Below, one piece after another: positions 15,793 through 25,721 of a DNA stretch of 64,000 bases. This DNA comes from a virus, in the IMG/VR virus record IMGVR_UViG_3300045988_177154, positions 1 through 64,000 of that record; one strand, given 5' to 3'. Below the pieces are notes generated by a model. That model was given only the letters and a program-made list of their open reading frames with translations. It made no database searches and was not told the origin of the DNA. Each line of letters starts with the position of its first letter. Positions within the stretch are counted from its first letter, which is position 1. Both the position numbers and the translations under genes were made by a program.

Positions 15793-16242
15793 ATGGATAG
15801 AGAACAATATATTTCTATGATAGCTCAAGAGATTTATGACGCTGAATATCAAGCCAAATATTATTATTATAAAATGATGGAAGAGCCTGATGAAGAATGG
15901 GTTATGAGGCATTTGGAAGCTATAGATAAAGATATATCTTATAGAAATAAATATGGGTGGAATAACAAGGAACTAGAAGATGCTATTGAGTTTTTGAGAG
16001 CATGCGAGCTTCTAAGTGATAATCACCCAGATTACTCTTATGAAGAGCAAAAGGATATATTAAAAAAAGCAGTTGAAAAAGGGCTAAAATTTGATTGCTT
16101 GAAATCATATTATTATTCTACTGAGGATTCTCATAAAATTGTAACAGCTTTAGCAACCAATAATTTTAATAATAATATGCAATTTTTTGACTTCGTTTCA
16201 AAAATTGAATCATTGTACAATAAAGGACGCTTCTCATTTTGA
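15793..16242 (+). CDS. hypothetical protein
   Basis: 149-aa ORF with AAAGGAG SD. Confidence 0.8.
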   Translation: MDREQYISMIAQEIYDAEYQAKYYYYKMMEEPDEEWVMRHLEAIDKDISYRNKYGWNNKELEDAIEFLRACELLSDNHPDYSYEEQKDILKKAVEKGLKFDCLKSYYYSTEDSHKIVTALATNNFNNNMQFFDFVSKIESLYNKGRFSF

Positions 16243-16307
16243 GAGGCACTTTTATTATAAAAACTAAATTGATATAAAAACTAAAAATTAAAAAGGAGAA
16301 TAGAAGT

Positions 16308-18893
16308 ATGAGCAACTTATCAAAATTTGAAGAGTATAGCTTAAAGAATGAGTTTCTAAGTAATTACTTCGAACCAATCAACAAAGAAGAAGCTACTCGT
16401 CAAATTTTTATTTTAGATAAAATACAAGATTTAGATGATGTTACTTGTATTTCATCTAAAAAGCCTGAAAAGAAAGCACAAGCTAAATCAACTCAATCTG
16501 TTCCTTTTTATGTTGCAGATAGAGACTTAAGAAATAAAGACATTTGGAAAATTACTGGTCGTTTCCTTAATGATTATAATGATAAACTTGATTTAACTAG
16601 ACTTAACATTAACAATATTAGAGTTTATTTTGCTCCAGGTACTGCTTCTAAAAATAAAGAATTAGATTATCTACATAGCTTAGTTTTAGATGTGGACCCA
16701 ACTAATATAGAAACAATTCAGAATTTAGAATTTGTAATGGAACGTTACTATAATTATTTACCTTTTAATATGGTTGTAAATTCAGGTAATGGACTTCATA
16801 TTTATTTTAACTTTGATAAACCTATTAAATTAACACAATTAACTAAATTCCATTTAAAAAATATTAAAGATGTAATTAGTTATATTTTCACTTATTTATT
16901 AGGATTAACTACTCATATTCCCGAAGAATACAAAAAGAAAGGGGCTGCTAATACAACACAAAGTATTATGCAAAAAATGAGTGTGCCTGGTTGTAGAACT
17001 AAATTCTATACACCTCAAAATAAAGCCGTTGTACAAGCTTTTAGAATAAAAAAAGACAAAGTCACTTATCAAGATTTTTTAATCTCAATTAGCAACTTTG
17101 TCGATTTATTCCGTGGCGATTTGCCAAGTGGGTTGTACAATAAGGTTAAAATGTTTATCGAAGATTCCTCAATTTTTGATGAGTTGATTGCAACACAAAA
17201 TCAATTATCTCATACAGATTTAATTTTGGAAGATTTCGATAAGTTATATCGTTTATCCTCAACCCCTCATAAACTTTTATCAAGTAGTAAAGCATCTATT
17301 TTGAAAAATGTTTCAGAAGTTAAAAGATTGCTACAACAACAAGATGAAAGAAGAAATGAGATTGTTAGAGGCTATAGAGCCAAGGCTCTTAAAGGTAGGG
17401 GCAAAATGCTCACAATTTTAGGATTTACTCGTAATATTGCAAGTAATCTTAAATCATTTAACAGACAATTAAATGAACCTTTAGAGAATAAAGAAGTAAA
17501 AGCAATTATTTCTGAAATTCGTAATCTAAAAGGTAATGTGGGATATAACCACCGTACATTTAAGAGAGACCATGGATTCTATTATATTAAACGTAATAAG
17601 TATATCAATAGCGCTCATAAAGCTGCTGAAGAAGCTTATTATGTTGAATGTGGATTGAATTATGGTCATGGCTACGGAACTTATGTGAATCCTACTAATT
17701 CTGTTGCAGCCGTTTATTCAGAAAATCAAGATTACTATTATGCTAATCAAGATGAATTGGCGAAAGAGCTTCGTTTGAGAGGTATTGTTGGAGAAAAACA
17801 ATATGCTGAAGCTAAAAAGAAAGTAACTAAATTCTTCTCATCTCAAGCTCATAATAACTATATGAATAATTTTAGACGCTTGAGAAGTGGTAATGATTTA
17901 ATGGAAAGACCTTTAAATTTCGTTAATTTATTTATCTCTGAAGTAACTTTAGATGAAACAAAACAAAAACGTAAACAAATAACTCATACAGAAAAAGCTA
18001 TTAAACAAATACAAAGATTAGAACAAGCAGTTAATATTATTACTACTTTAGAAAATGCTATTCATTGGAGTGTAACTAAAGAAAAACAACTTCAAAAAGT
18101 AGCTAAATTCTTCCAAAGATTCAGAGCTATTAACAATTCAGTTAAAACTGCTTTCTTATCTAATGAATTGGAAGTTTCTTTAGAAAAAGTAGTCCAAGAA
18201 GCATTTGCTCTTTATGATAGATATAATGTTGTTCTAATCCAAAGAAAAGCACTCGTTAAAAATGGTAGCTATACTGGGTCTGATGAATTTGCACAAAGCA
18301 TCTTGACTAATTTTAATAATTATAGAAAAGATAAAAGACAAGAGCAATTTATTAAAACAGTATCAAACTTAGCTGCTAATAAAGTATTTACAAATAGTAA
18401 ATACAGTAATTTTGAAATTAACTCTTTATTATATAGATTTAAGAGTAGACCAAGATTAGTCACTCTAACAAGTGATGATGTAGTTAATTCATACCTTGCA
18501 ATTCATAATTTAGAAGATAATAGTAAAAATCAAACTATTGCTAAAGTTAACCTAACCTATGAATTAAGCTCTATTATTAAAGATTTAAGATTTAATATTA
18601 GAGATGGTTATTATACTACTATTCAAAGATTAGACAAAGAAACAGCAAGATTAACAAATGAAACTTATGGTAAGAATACTATTGCTACTGCAACTGAAGT
18701 AGAATCATTTATTAGAAATGTTTTAAATCCTTTACTAAATGAATTAACAGATAATCTAATTTTTGAAATGGATTATACTGATTTCAGTACTATTCTACCA
18801 AGAAATAATTTTTATGTTGCTGAAAAGCTAAATAGAGTTATTGAAATGAATCTTAACAACAATTCAACAAGTACTACTTTATTAGCTGCTTAA
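16308..18893 (+). CDS. AEP-superfamily primase-polymerase-like replication protein (861 aa)
   Basis: Motif I LVLDVD and motif II VVNSGNGLHIYFNF lie in the N-terminal third. AAAGGAG SD. The long C-terminal region is unassigned. Confidence 0.6.
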   Translation: MSNLSKFEEYSLKNEFLSNYFEPINKEEATRQIFILDKIQDLDDVTCISSKKPEKKAQAKSTQSVPFYVADRDLRNKDIWKITGRFLNDYNDKLDLTRLNINNIRVYFAPGTASKNKELDYLHSLVLDVDPTNIETIQNLEFVMERYYNYLPFNMVVNSGNGLHIYFNFDKPIKLTQLTKFHLKNIKDVISYIFTYLLGLTTHIPEEYKKKGAANTTQSIMQKMSVPGCRTKFYTPQNKAVVQAFRIKKDKVTYQDFLISISNFVDLFRGDLPSGLYNKVKMFIEDSSIFDELIATQNQLSHTDLILEDFDKLYRLSSTPHKLLSSSKASILKNVSEVKRLLQQQDERRNEIVRGYRAKALKGRGKMLTILGFTRNIASNLKSFNRQLNEPLENKEVKAIISEIRNLKGNVGYNHRTFKRDHGFYYIKRNKYINSAHKAAEEAYYVECGLNYGHGYGTYVNPTNSVAAVYSENQDYYYANQDELAKELRLRGIVGEKQYAEAKKKVTKFFSSQAHNNYMNNFRRLRSGNDLMERPLNFVNLFISEVTLDETKQKRKQITHTEKAIKQIQRLEQAVNIITTLENAIHWSVTKEKQLQKVAKFFQRFRAINNSVKTAFLSNELEVSLEKVVQEAFALYDRYNVVLIQRKALVKNGSYTGSDEFAQSILTNFNNYRKDKRQEQFIKTVSNLAANKVFTNSKYSNFEINSLLYRFKSRPRLVTLTSDDVVNSYLAIHNLEDNSKNQTIAKVNLTYELSSIIKDLRFNIRDGYYTTIQRLDKETARLTNETYGKNTIATATEVESFIRNVLNPLLNELTDNLIFEMDYTDFSTILPRNNFYVAEKLNRVIEMNLNNNSTSTTLLAA

Positions 18894-19134
18894 CAATAAA
18901 ATAAGCTAAAACTCAGCTTGACTTTCCACATATAGCACACCTTGCTTTTTTTCATTAAGAGTCAGGTTACTTTTGTAGTGTCTTTTTTAGTAAAAAATAA
19001 AACTTTTGGAACAACTTAACAAAAATAAAAGAATTAAAGCAGAACTACTCTAATTTTAATTAGTTTATATATGAATTTGTATTAAATAAGTTATAAATGC
19101 TTACATTAAAGCCTAATTCATTAGTATTACACTT

Positions 19135-19167
19135 CGTTACATAATAACTAACAACTCAAAATATTAT
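19135..19167 (+). repeat. direct repeat copy 1 in the ORF-free region
   Basis: CGTTACATAATAACTAACAACTCAAAATATTAT versus CGCTACATAATAACCAAAGAGTTAAAATATTAT at 19406. Confidence 0.7.
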
Positions 19168-19405
19168 GCTATAAAACAGCTATAAATAAGGATAAAAGTC
19201 ATTCATAATAGAATAGCTCTTTCAGAAAAAAGGAAAAGGAATTTTTTGCTTAGAAGTTTTGAACCAAACTTGTTACTAATAGAATAAATAGATAAACACT
19301 TCAAAAGATACTCATTTAATTCTATACTAGATGAATAAAAGAGATAATTCCTTGTTTAGTGATTGAAGTAATGAAAAGCAGCCTAGTATATAGAGCAATA
19401 GCTAT

Positions 19406-19439
19406 CGCTACATAATAACCAAAGAGTTAAAATATTATT
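19406..19439 (+). repeat. direct repeat copy 2 in the ORF-free region
   Basis: See 19135-19167. About 26 of 33 positions are identical. Confidence 0.7.
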
Positions 19440-19485
19440 CACTTAGTTCAAATAAAAAAGGACTACTTAAGTAATCCTTTTATTG

Positions 19486-19707
19486 TTATTTAATATTTGA
19501 GTTAAATAGTGCTCGTACAGAAACAACATCATAAACATCATAAAATTCAAACTCTAACTCAGGATTTTGCTTTCTGAGCTCTTGTATAATCATTGTTGGT
19601 GATTCTAAAATATAATTAACTTGAAGCCAAAGATTCCATTCTAATTGAGTTCCAACTAGAAGCGTATTAGTTGTAATGTTCCTAATTGCAATAATTTTAG
19701 CTTTCAT
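19486..19707 (-). CDS. hypothetical protein
   Basis: 73-aa ORF with AAAGAGGCAAG SD and a hairpin terminator at about 19455-19485. Confidence 0.75.
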   Translation of the reverse strand: MKAKIIAIRNITTNTLLVGTQLEWNLWLQVNYILESPTMIIQELRKQNPELEFEFYDVYDVVSVRALFNSNIK

Positions 19708-19808
19708 TTATCTTGCCTCTTTTCATTTATTTATAGTTATATTATATAACTTCAATTTCAATTATGCAACAATAAAGTCAAATGAAAAATAAATAGATAA
19801 GAGTAATG

Positions 19809-19905
19809 ACTTAAGCATTGACTAGCGACTGTAGCTCATCCATAGCTCGATTTTATAGTCAAAGTCGATAAAACCTTTATGATTTTAGTAGCGTTGCTTA
19901 AGCTG
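19809..19905 (+). repeat. intergenic repeat family A, diverged copy A9
   Basis: Retains AAAGTCGATA and TTTTAGTAGCGTTGCTTAAG. The outer helix is changed to CTTAAGCA/TGCTTAAG. Confidence 0.6.
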
Positions 19906-19910
19906 CAGCT

Positions 19911-19940
19911 AATAAAAGATTACTCAGAAATGAGTAATCT
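19911..19940 (-). terminator. intrinsic terminator after the 19950..21536 gene
   Basis: 10-bp stem AGATTACTCA/TGAGTAATCT, followed on the minus strand by TTTTATT. Confidence 0.75.
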
Positions 19941-19949
19941 TAATTGTTT

Positions 19950-21536
19950 TTATTCAAAAGTAATATTTGATAGGAAATTGTTTTCATCTGTTTCAGCAGT
20001 AATAGTTTGATTTACTTCTAAGAATGGAAGTTTATCAAGAGTATTTTTATTAGCTTGAATTTTATAAATCTTGTCATTGATTTTTAAATAATAAATAGTA
20101 GTACCATCAACAACTTGTGTCTTGATTGAAGTAACAGTTCCATTAACCTTTTCTTTTTGTTTTGCTTTCTCACCAGTAACAGCTTCATCAATGTTGTTGA
20201 TTTCTTCTCCAGTCACACTCTTAATCAATTCGTTAATATTAGTATTGACAGTAACTTTTTGGAAATCTTCTGCATTAACAAGAGCATAAGCTTTAATAAG
20301 ACTTCCTTTATCCTTGAGTGATACTAAGTAATAAGCTTGACCATTAAGTTTTGCAAGAATAGGAGCTGTTGCATTATATCCTTTTTCTTGAACTGCACCT
20401 TCAGCAGATTTCATAGCAGAAGTTTCAGTAACAGATGGCAGACGATAGAAATTAGTTTCACGAGTTCTCATATTAACAAGAACAAATCCTAAGTTTGAGT
20501 TATCAGCATTAACAGAAGTTAAACCAGTATAAAGGTAAATGTCAGAACCAATTGTAATATAGTTATATTCATCTGTTGTTTGACGAACACCCTCTTTAGA
20601 AAAGATAGAGTTCCAAAAACCATTTTTATAAGCGTAGTGTTGATTCACACGTTGGATAACATTAGTAGCAGAATATACACGGTCAACCCATTCAGGTACA
20701 TCATTTAATGAATATTCTTGAGTTTCACCAGTAACTGCATTCAATAGGACTACTCCATTTGGTTCTTTTGGTCCAAAGATAAATTTACGAGCATAAGTAG
20801 TAGCTACGTAGTATGGATTGCCTTTATCATCAACTTCAAAAGATGGGTCACCGAACATTGTTGTAGGGTAAGATATACGAAGTTTCACACTTACATCATC
20901 AGCAAAATAAGATGAAGCAGTATATTTCATTCCTTTTTCAAGCTTAACAAGTTCGCCTTTACCTGTTGTTTGATTGATTTTAATATAGTATTGGATTCCG
21001 TCTTTTCGGTTGTTCAACCAACGGATAAAACTTGCATAACCAAGTGGTGATACTCGATAAGGTTCATCTTTGATTGTAATTTGTCGATACTCTTTAGAAA
21101 TTTCAAATTGGGATTCTTTATCAATCGTACCCATCAAAGAATTACCAATCTTAACAGCAGAATCTTTGTCAAGTAGTGCAAGTTTATTTACATCTGTATT
21201 TTGGAAATCTGAGTTAAATTCCTTATTTTCTACTTGAATTAGATTTGAGTAATTCTTAGCTTGGAATAATGGGGTAGAAAAAATTGATAGTACAATAGCT
21301 CCAACAACCCAGATTGAAATGAGTGAAATCACAATAATATTAGGAATTGATTTTACTGAGTCAGTATCTTCAGTAAGCAATACAAGAGCGACATAATAGA
21401 CAAAAGCAAAAAGAACTACTCCACCAAGGAAGTAAAAATCTGCTAAGTTAAAAGCGGGTAAGGTAACATACCAATAAATAGCAGAAACGATTAAGGAAAT
21501 TACTAACGAAGTAATTTGAGCAAGTGATTTTTTCAT
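19950..21536 (-). CDS. large membrane protein (three N-terminal TM helices + about 430-aa extracytoplasmic domain)
   Basis: 528-aa ORF. Hydrophobic helices within residues 5-90. The remainder is beta-rich and hydrophilic. Confidence 0.8.
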   Translation of the reverse strand: MKKSLAQITSLVISLIVSAIYWYVTLPAFNLADFYFLGGVVLFAFVYYVALVLLTEDTDSVKSIPNIIVISLISIWVVGAIVLSIFSTPLFQAKNYSNLIQVENKEFNSDFQNTDVNKLALLDKDSAVKIGNSLMGTIDKESQFEISKEYRQITIKDEPYRVSPLGYASFIRWLNNRKDGIQYYIKINQTTGKGELVKLEKGMKYTASSYFADDVSVKLRISYPTTMFGDPSFEVDDKGNPYYVATTYARKFIFGPKEPNGVVLLNAVTGETQEYSLNDVPEWVDRVYSATNVIQRVNQHYAYKNGFWNSIFSKEGVRQTTDEYNYITIGSDIYLYTGLTSVNADNSNLGFVLVNMRTRETNFYRLPSVTETSAMKSAEGAVQEKGYNATAPILAKLNGQAYYLVSLKDKGSLIKAYALVNAEDFQKVTVNTNINELIKSVTGEEINNIDEAVTGEKAKQKEKVNGTVTSIKTQVVDGTTIYYLKINDKIYKIQANKNTLDKLPFLEVNQTITAETDENNFLSNITFE

Positions 21537-21542
21537 TTGTTT

Positions 21543-21947
21543 TTATCCTTTCTTCAATTCAATCAATTGGTCAATGAGGTGTTGGCAATTTTCTTCAACA
21601 TAAGCTTCATCACGCCATACTTCATCTTCATTGACAACCCAATCTGGTAACATAGCATCAATAAATGGGTTTTTGTCACCTACATGGCTACAATCAAATC
21701 CAATATAATTGTCTTTTGAATTATTAAACAAGAGCTTCAAGTTCCCTTTATAAGTAATTCCACCATGACAATCAAGCTTATTGATGGGATTACTTTCCAA
21801 AGTAACTTCATCAATAGATTTTAGTTGAATAAACCCACACAAACTACCGCTGTTGGGATGTTGAAATACTATATAATTATAATCTTTATAATTCTTTAGA
21901 TAGAATCCATTAGGATAGTTAATCTTAAATTCATGCCATTTTTCCAT
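21543..21947 (-). CDS. hypothetical protein with CHGGITY...GFDCSHVGD motif
   Basis: 134-aa ORF. The His/Asp-rich motif suggests metal binding. Family not recognised. Confidence 0.75.
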   Translation of the reverse strand: MEKWHEFKINYPNGFYLKNYKDYNYIVFQHPNSGSLCGFIQLKSIDEVTLESNPINKLDCHGGITYKGNLKLLFNNSKDNYIGFDCSHVGDKNPFIDAMLPDWVVNEDEVWRDEAYVEENCQHLIDQLIELKKG

Positions 21948-22077
21948 AGTTAATTTTCTTCTTTCTTTATTTTATAGTTCTATTGTATTATATAAAAACA
22001 AAAAAGTCAACAAAAGATTGCGAACTTATAGAAGTTTTGATAGAATATATTTATATAAAGAAATTGAGGTAACAAAA

Positions 22078-22650
22078 ATGAATTTAGATGAGCGCTCAAG
22101 TTATGAAAAGAATATTATTCAGAAAGCTGTTGATAAAGGATTACCAATAGAGAAATACCTTAACCCTAAATTTTCTATTTGGACTATTAAGTATTTGATA
22201 GCTGTACTAGAAGAAGAGAATAACTTAGATGATTTCCCATTCGATAAGTACAATGATAAACAAATCCAAGTTCTTTTATACTGTATTTATCGAGGTAAAG
22301 AATGGAAGAGCTGGGCTGAGCCAAATATGAATTTTAGAGTAATGGACTTGTTTTACTATTCAAAAAATACTCAAGAATTGCTTTATTTCTATAAACGAGG
22401 ATTTAAACTAATAGAACTTCACCAGATAAATAAATTCATCAACGATGGTTTTGACCCTAAAATTATTGATAACTTAGATTTCAATTTTCAACAAATGAGA
22501 GAGATTAGGAAAGCTCTACGAAGTGGAATCTCTATTACTAAATTAGCTAATCCCAATTTAACATGGAAAGAAATAAGAGCTAGAAGAATAAAAGCTTATG
22601 GAGTTAAAAAAGGAATTGAATTTTATATAACTCATTACAATGAACTTTAA
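22078..22650 (+). CDS. hypothetical protein
   Basis: ORF track 22018..22650. Start moved to MNLDERSS (22078), which has a GAGGT SD. Confidence 0.75.
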   Translation: MNLDERSSYEKNIIQKAVDKGLPIEKYLNPKFSIWTIKYLIAVLEEENNLDDFPFDKYNDKQIQVLLYCIYRGKEWKSWAEPNMNFRVMDLFYYSKNTQELLYFYKRGFKLIELHQINKFINDGFDPKIIDNLDFNFQQMREIRKALRSGISITKLANPNLTWKEIRARRIKAYGVKKGIEFYITHYNEL

Positions 22651-22680
22651 AAAAGAGCAATATTGAATTGCTCTTTTTAT
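22650..22680. terminator. bidirectional intrinsic terminator
   Basis: Hairpin AGAGCAAT-attg-AATTGCTCT between convergent genes, flanked by A- and T-runs. Confidence 0.8.
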
Positions 22681-23504
22681 TTTTTAGTAAAACTTCCGTC
22701 AGAATAATTGATTTCGTAACCAGAAGCGTTATTAAATACTTTCACTTTTTCATTGATTACTCCATCTTCTGATTTTGCATTAACAATAACATAGCGAGGA
22801 ACCAATTCATTTCCGTTATATACAGGTGTTACTTCATAATAAACATTGTTTTTTGTTTTTAGAACATAATCAACAACTTTCTTTTCAATATATTGCATAC
22901 CGCCGTCACCATTGTTACCAACGTTTTGTTGACGAGTACCAGTAACAACATTATATTTATAAGAGCGACCGCCAAGAGAATCAGCAATCAAGTGAGAACG
23001 ATTATAAAAATAACCGTTATAAATTTTTCCATTAGGTAGTTTTACAGAAACCTTTTTGTTATTAGATTTCTTTCCAATAAACCAGCCGCTAGGTTCAGAA
23101 TTTGGTTCGAAGTCAGCTCTCCAACCTTTTGAATCCATTACTGCTTTATAATTAACCAAACCATATGCAGTTGTAGTTCTGTCTAATTCATCATGTGAAT
23201 ATGAATATGTAGTAGAGAATTTACTTTCATCAATTTCTGCTTCACCTAATACTTGATACATATTAGGAAATTTTGCTTCATCATAATCTGATTCAACATC
23301 ATTATTTGAATTTGAAGAAGCAGAATGTTCATTTTTAAAATCATTTACTTTATCTTTTGCTTTTTCATATAAAGATTTTGATTTTTCTTTGATTTCTTGT
23401 TTGACACCAGGGATTTTTTGATAACCAGTTGGGTGAATTTGGCCGCAACCTGTTAGAGCAATTGCTCCTGCTAAGATAATAATTGATTTTGTTAGTTTAT
23501 TCAT
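22677..23504 (-). CDS. lipoprotein DNA/RNA non-specific endonuclease (EndA/NucA-like)
   Basis: Start moved to MNKLTKSIIILAGAIALTGC (lipobox LTGC) with an AGAGG SD. The SHLIADSLGG motif is typical of streptococcal DNA-entry nuclease-type enzymes. Confidence 0.65.
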   Translation of the reverse strand: MNKLTKSIIILAGAIALTGCGQIHPTGYQKIPGVKQEIKEKSKSLYEKAKDKVNDFKNEHSASSNSNNDVESDYDEAKFPNMYQVLGEAEIDESKFSTTYSYSHDELDRTTTAYGLVNYKAVMDSKGWRADFEPNSEPSGWFIGKKSNNKKVSVKLPNGKIYNGYFYNRSHLIADSLGGRSYKYNVVTGTRQQNVGNNGDGGMQYIEKKVVDYVLKTKNNVYYEVTPVYNGNELVPRYVIVNAKSEDGVINEKVKVFNNASGYEINYSDGSFTKK

Positions 23505-23600
23505 TTTTTGTTTACCTCTTTTCTTTATGTAGCTATTATATAATATCTTTAAAAACTTGTCAACCATTTTCTGATATAAAAATAAAAAAGGAGTAAAGTT

Positions 23601-23783
23601 ATGAGAGATTTAATTGTTTTTTCAATGTTCCTAGCTATGGCTATCTTTTTAGGTTTGTTCATACTCTTACCGCTAGCAATAACTTTTACGGTTCTTTTCT
23701 TTAAATTTTTAATTTGGTTAATCTTATTCATCTTTATTCTAGGATTAGTAACTCTATTCAAATTCTTTCTTAAAAAAGAGTAA
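23601..23783 (+). CDS. small membrane protein (60 aa, almost entirely hydrophobic)
   Basis: AAAGGAG SD with two or three TM helices. The opposite-strand ORF 23549..23761 is rejected. Confidence 0.7.
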   Translation: MRDLIVFSMFLAMAIFLGLFILLPLAITFTVLFFKFLIWLILFIFILGLVTLFKFFLKKE

Positions 23784-23855
23784 AACGAGCTATTTAGTTC
23801 GTTTTCTTTCTTTTTGGAATAATAAAAATAAATAGAAAATAAAGGACAGCAAGAA

Positions 23856-24317
23856 ATGAAAGATAAAATAGATTTGATTTACATTAGCTTGAGTGGAAAC
23901 ACGGATAGCTTCGTTAAGAGATTGAGAGGTTATCTCTTGTTAAATACTAAGCTTAAAGAAGTTAATTTATTAAACGTAAAAGAGCTAGTAAAGAATAATA
24001 TTCCATTCAATGAAGTAAGTAATGATTTTGTAGCATTTTTACCAACATATTTAGAGGGTGGAAATGGTATTGATAATGGTGATAAAGAAATTTTAACAAC
24101 TCCATTAAGAGAGTATATACGTTATAAAGAAAATTACAAAAAATGTTTAGGAATTGTTGGCTCAGGTAATAAGAACTTCAATAATCAATATTGCCTTACG
24201 GCTAAGCAATATTCCCAAGAGTTTGGTTTTCCAGTATTATATAATTTTGAATTAAGAGGATTAGATGTAGATATTCAAAAAGTTAGTTCTATCATTGAAG
24301 CTTTGACCGATATTTAA
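23856..24317 (+). CDS. nrdI: NrdI-like flavodoxin (class Ib ribonucleotide reductase stimulatory protein)
   Basis: N-terminal IDLIYISLSGNTDSFVKRL and a size of about 150 aa match the NrdI pattern. No nrdEF is visible in this window. Confidence 0.65.
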   Translation: MKDKIDLIYISLSGNTDSFVKRLRGYLLLNTKLKEVNLLNVKELVKNNIPFNEVSNDFVAFLPTYLEGGNGIDNGDKEILTTPLREYIRYKENYKKCLGIVGSGNKNFNNQYCLTAKQYSQEFGFPVLYNFELRGLDVDIQKVSSIIEALTDI

Positions 24318-24333
24318 AATTAAAAAAGGTTGA

Positions 24334-25230
24334 ATGCTACAAATGAAAAAACTAGAAGAAAAGGAATGGAAGTATTGGATTCCCTCTGCTGGTAGAGCTG
24401 AAAATATAAAAACTGTTGATTATTTATTATCCATAGGAGTACCGAAAGAAAATATAAATATTATGGTACGAGATGATGAATATGAAGCTTATAATACTAA
24501 ATATAAAGGAATGGCTCATATTCTACCAGAGCAACAAACAAAAAACATTGGTATTATTAGAAATGGAATAGTTAAACTTTGTAATTTTGAAGATTATATT
24601 AACTGTATCTTAGATGATGATACAACTTCATTTTTGATTTGGAGTAATGACGGTACGAAATATGGAAATAGAGCTAAAGTAACCAATATTAAAGATTGGC
24701 AAAATAGATATATTGAAGTATTAAATACATTAGATTTGGATTTAGTTCCAGCAATAGGCCAAAGAGCAGGTGGAAATAATTTTCTATTCCAAAAATGCCT
24801 TACTGAAGAAATCACTTATTTTGGAAGTTTAAGCGGCTCATGCTTTGTTGTATTAGACCCAGATTTTCAATTTATCAATCATTCATTTTATGAAGATAAA
24901 TTAACTTGTTATGATTATTGGGTTAAAGGAAAGATAACACCAATCATTAACAATTTAGGTATGTTACGTTTGCCTGAAAGAACTGCAAAAGGTGGAATAG
25001 ATTATAAAGGCATAGCTAAAGAAATAGAAGAAGCTGTTGACTGGGGAGCAGAACAATTCCCATTTACAGAAAAGAGATTAACTAATGAGAAATACAGAGA
25101 TTACCAACCATGTGAGTTATATACTAACAAATTCCGAATTTTAAAATATTTAGCTTCTATTGGTATTGACCACAAATACATTCCAGAGGAATACAAAAAG
25201 AAAGCTAAGAGAAAAAGCTTATTTGAATAA
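24334..25230 (+). CDS. hypothetical protein, possibly GT-A-like nucleotide-sugar transferase (DxD-type ILDDDT)
   Basis: 298-aa ORF. The weak pattern WIPSAGRAE...ILDDDTTSF suggests a Rossmann-like glycosyltransferase. The start may be at MKKLEEKEW. Confidence 0.3.
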   Translation: MLQMKKLEEKEWKYWIPSAGRAENIKTVDYLLSIGVPKENINIMVRDDEYEAYNTKYKGMAHILPEQQTKNIGIIRNGIVKLCNFEDYINCILDDDTTSFLIWSNDGTKYGNRAKVTNIKDWQNRYIEVLNTLDLDLVPAIGQRAGGNNFLFQKCLTEEITYFGSLSGSCFVVLDPDFQFINHSFYEDKLTCYDYWVKGKITPIINNLGMLRLPERTAKGGIDYKGIAKEIEEAVDWGAEQFPFTEKRLTNEKYRDYQPCELYTNKFRILKYLASIGIDHKYIPEEYKKKAKRKSLFE

Positions 25231-25269
25231 AAAACAAAAAAGTAATCCTTGGTTGGATTACTTTTCTTT

Positions 25270-25584
25270 TTATAGCATTTCTTTCAATTCTTTAACAGCT
25301 TGTTTTAAAGCTGCATTAAAGTCTTTATAGAACCATTTAGTAATATATTTATTTGGGTCACCGCAGATTGGTAATACTACAGTTGGTAAAGGAGCAGTAG
25401 TAGTTTTTGTTTTGAAATCATAAACAGAAATCCAATAATTGTATTTGCCTTCTTCTTTTAATTGTTTCAAAAGTCTTGGATTATCAATAGTTTCTTCATT
25501 TGCTTGTATCAAACGATAATATCCTCTACTTAGTTTAATGAATCCGTCAGTTTTTAATTTTTCTTTAATTTGTTTTGGAGTCAT
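25270..25584 (-). CDS. hypothetical protein, paralog of 25722..26039
   Basis: MTPKQIKEKL...QANEETI..LLKQLKEEGKYNYWISVYDFKTKT...GDPNKYITKWFY aligns along its full length with the neighbour. Confidence 0.8.
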   Translation of the reverse strand: MTPKQIKEKLKTDGFIKLSRGYYRLIQANEETIDNPRLLKQLKEEGKYNYWISVYDFKTKTTTAPLPTVVLPICGDPNKYITKWFYKDFNAALKQAVKELKEML

Positions 25585-25721
25585 TGTTATTACCTCTTTT
25601 GTTTTTCTTTATGATTATATGATACAACAATAATTTCATTTTGTCAACACAAAATTACAAAAAAGAAAAAATTATTTAAAGAAAAACAAAAAGTAATCCA
25701 ATTAACGATTACTTTTCTTTT

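Larger units (their letters stand above)
18894..19485. other. 592-bp ORF-free AT-rich region; candidate replication origin or non-coding locus
   Basis: No ORF of 60 aa or more in any frame. Contains two copies of a roughly 33-bp direct repeat. Lies directly downstream of the primase-like gene. Confidence 0.35.
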
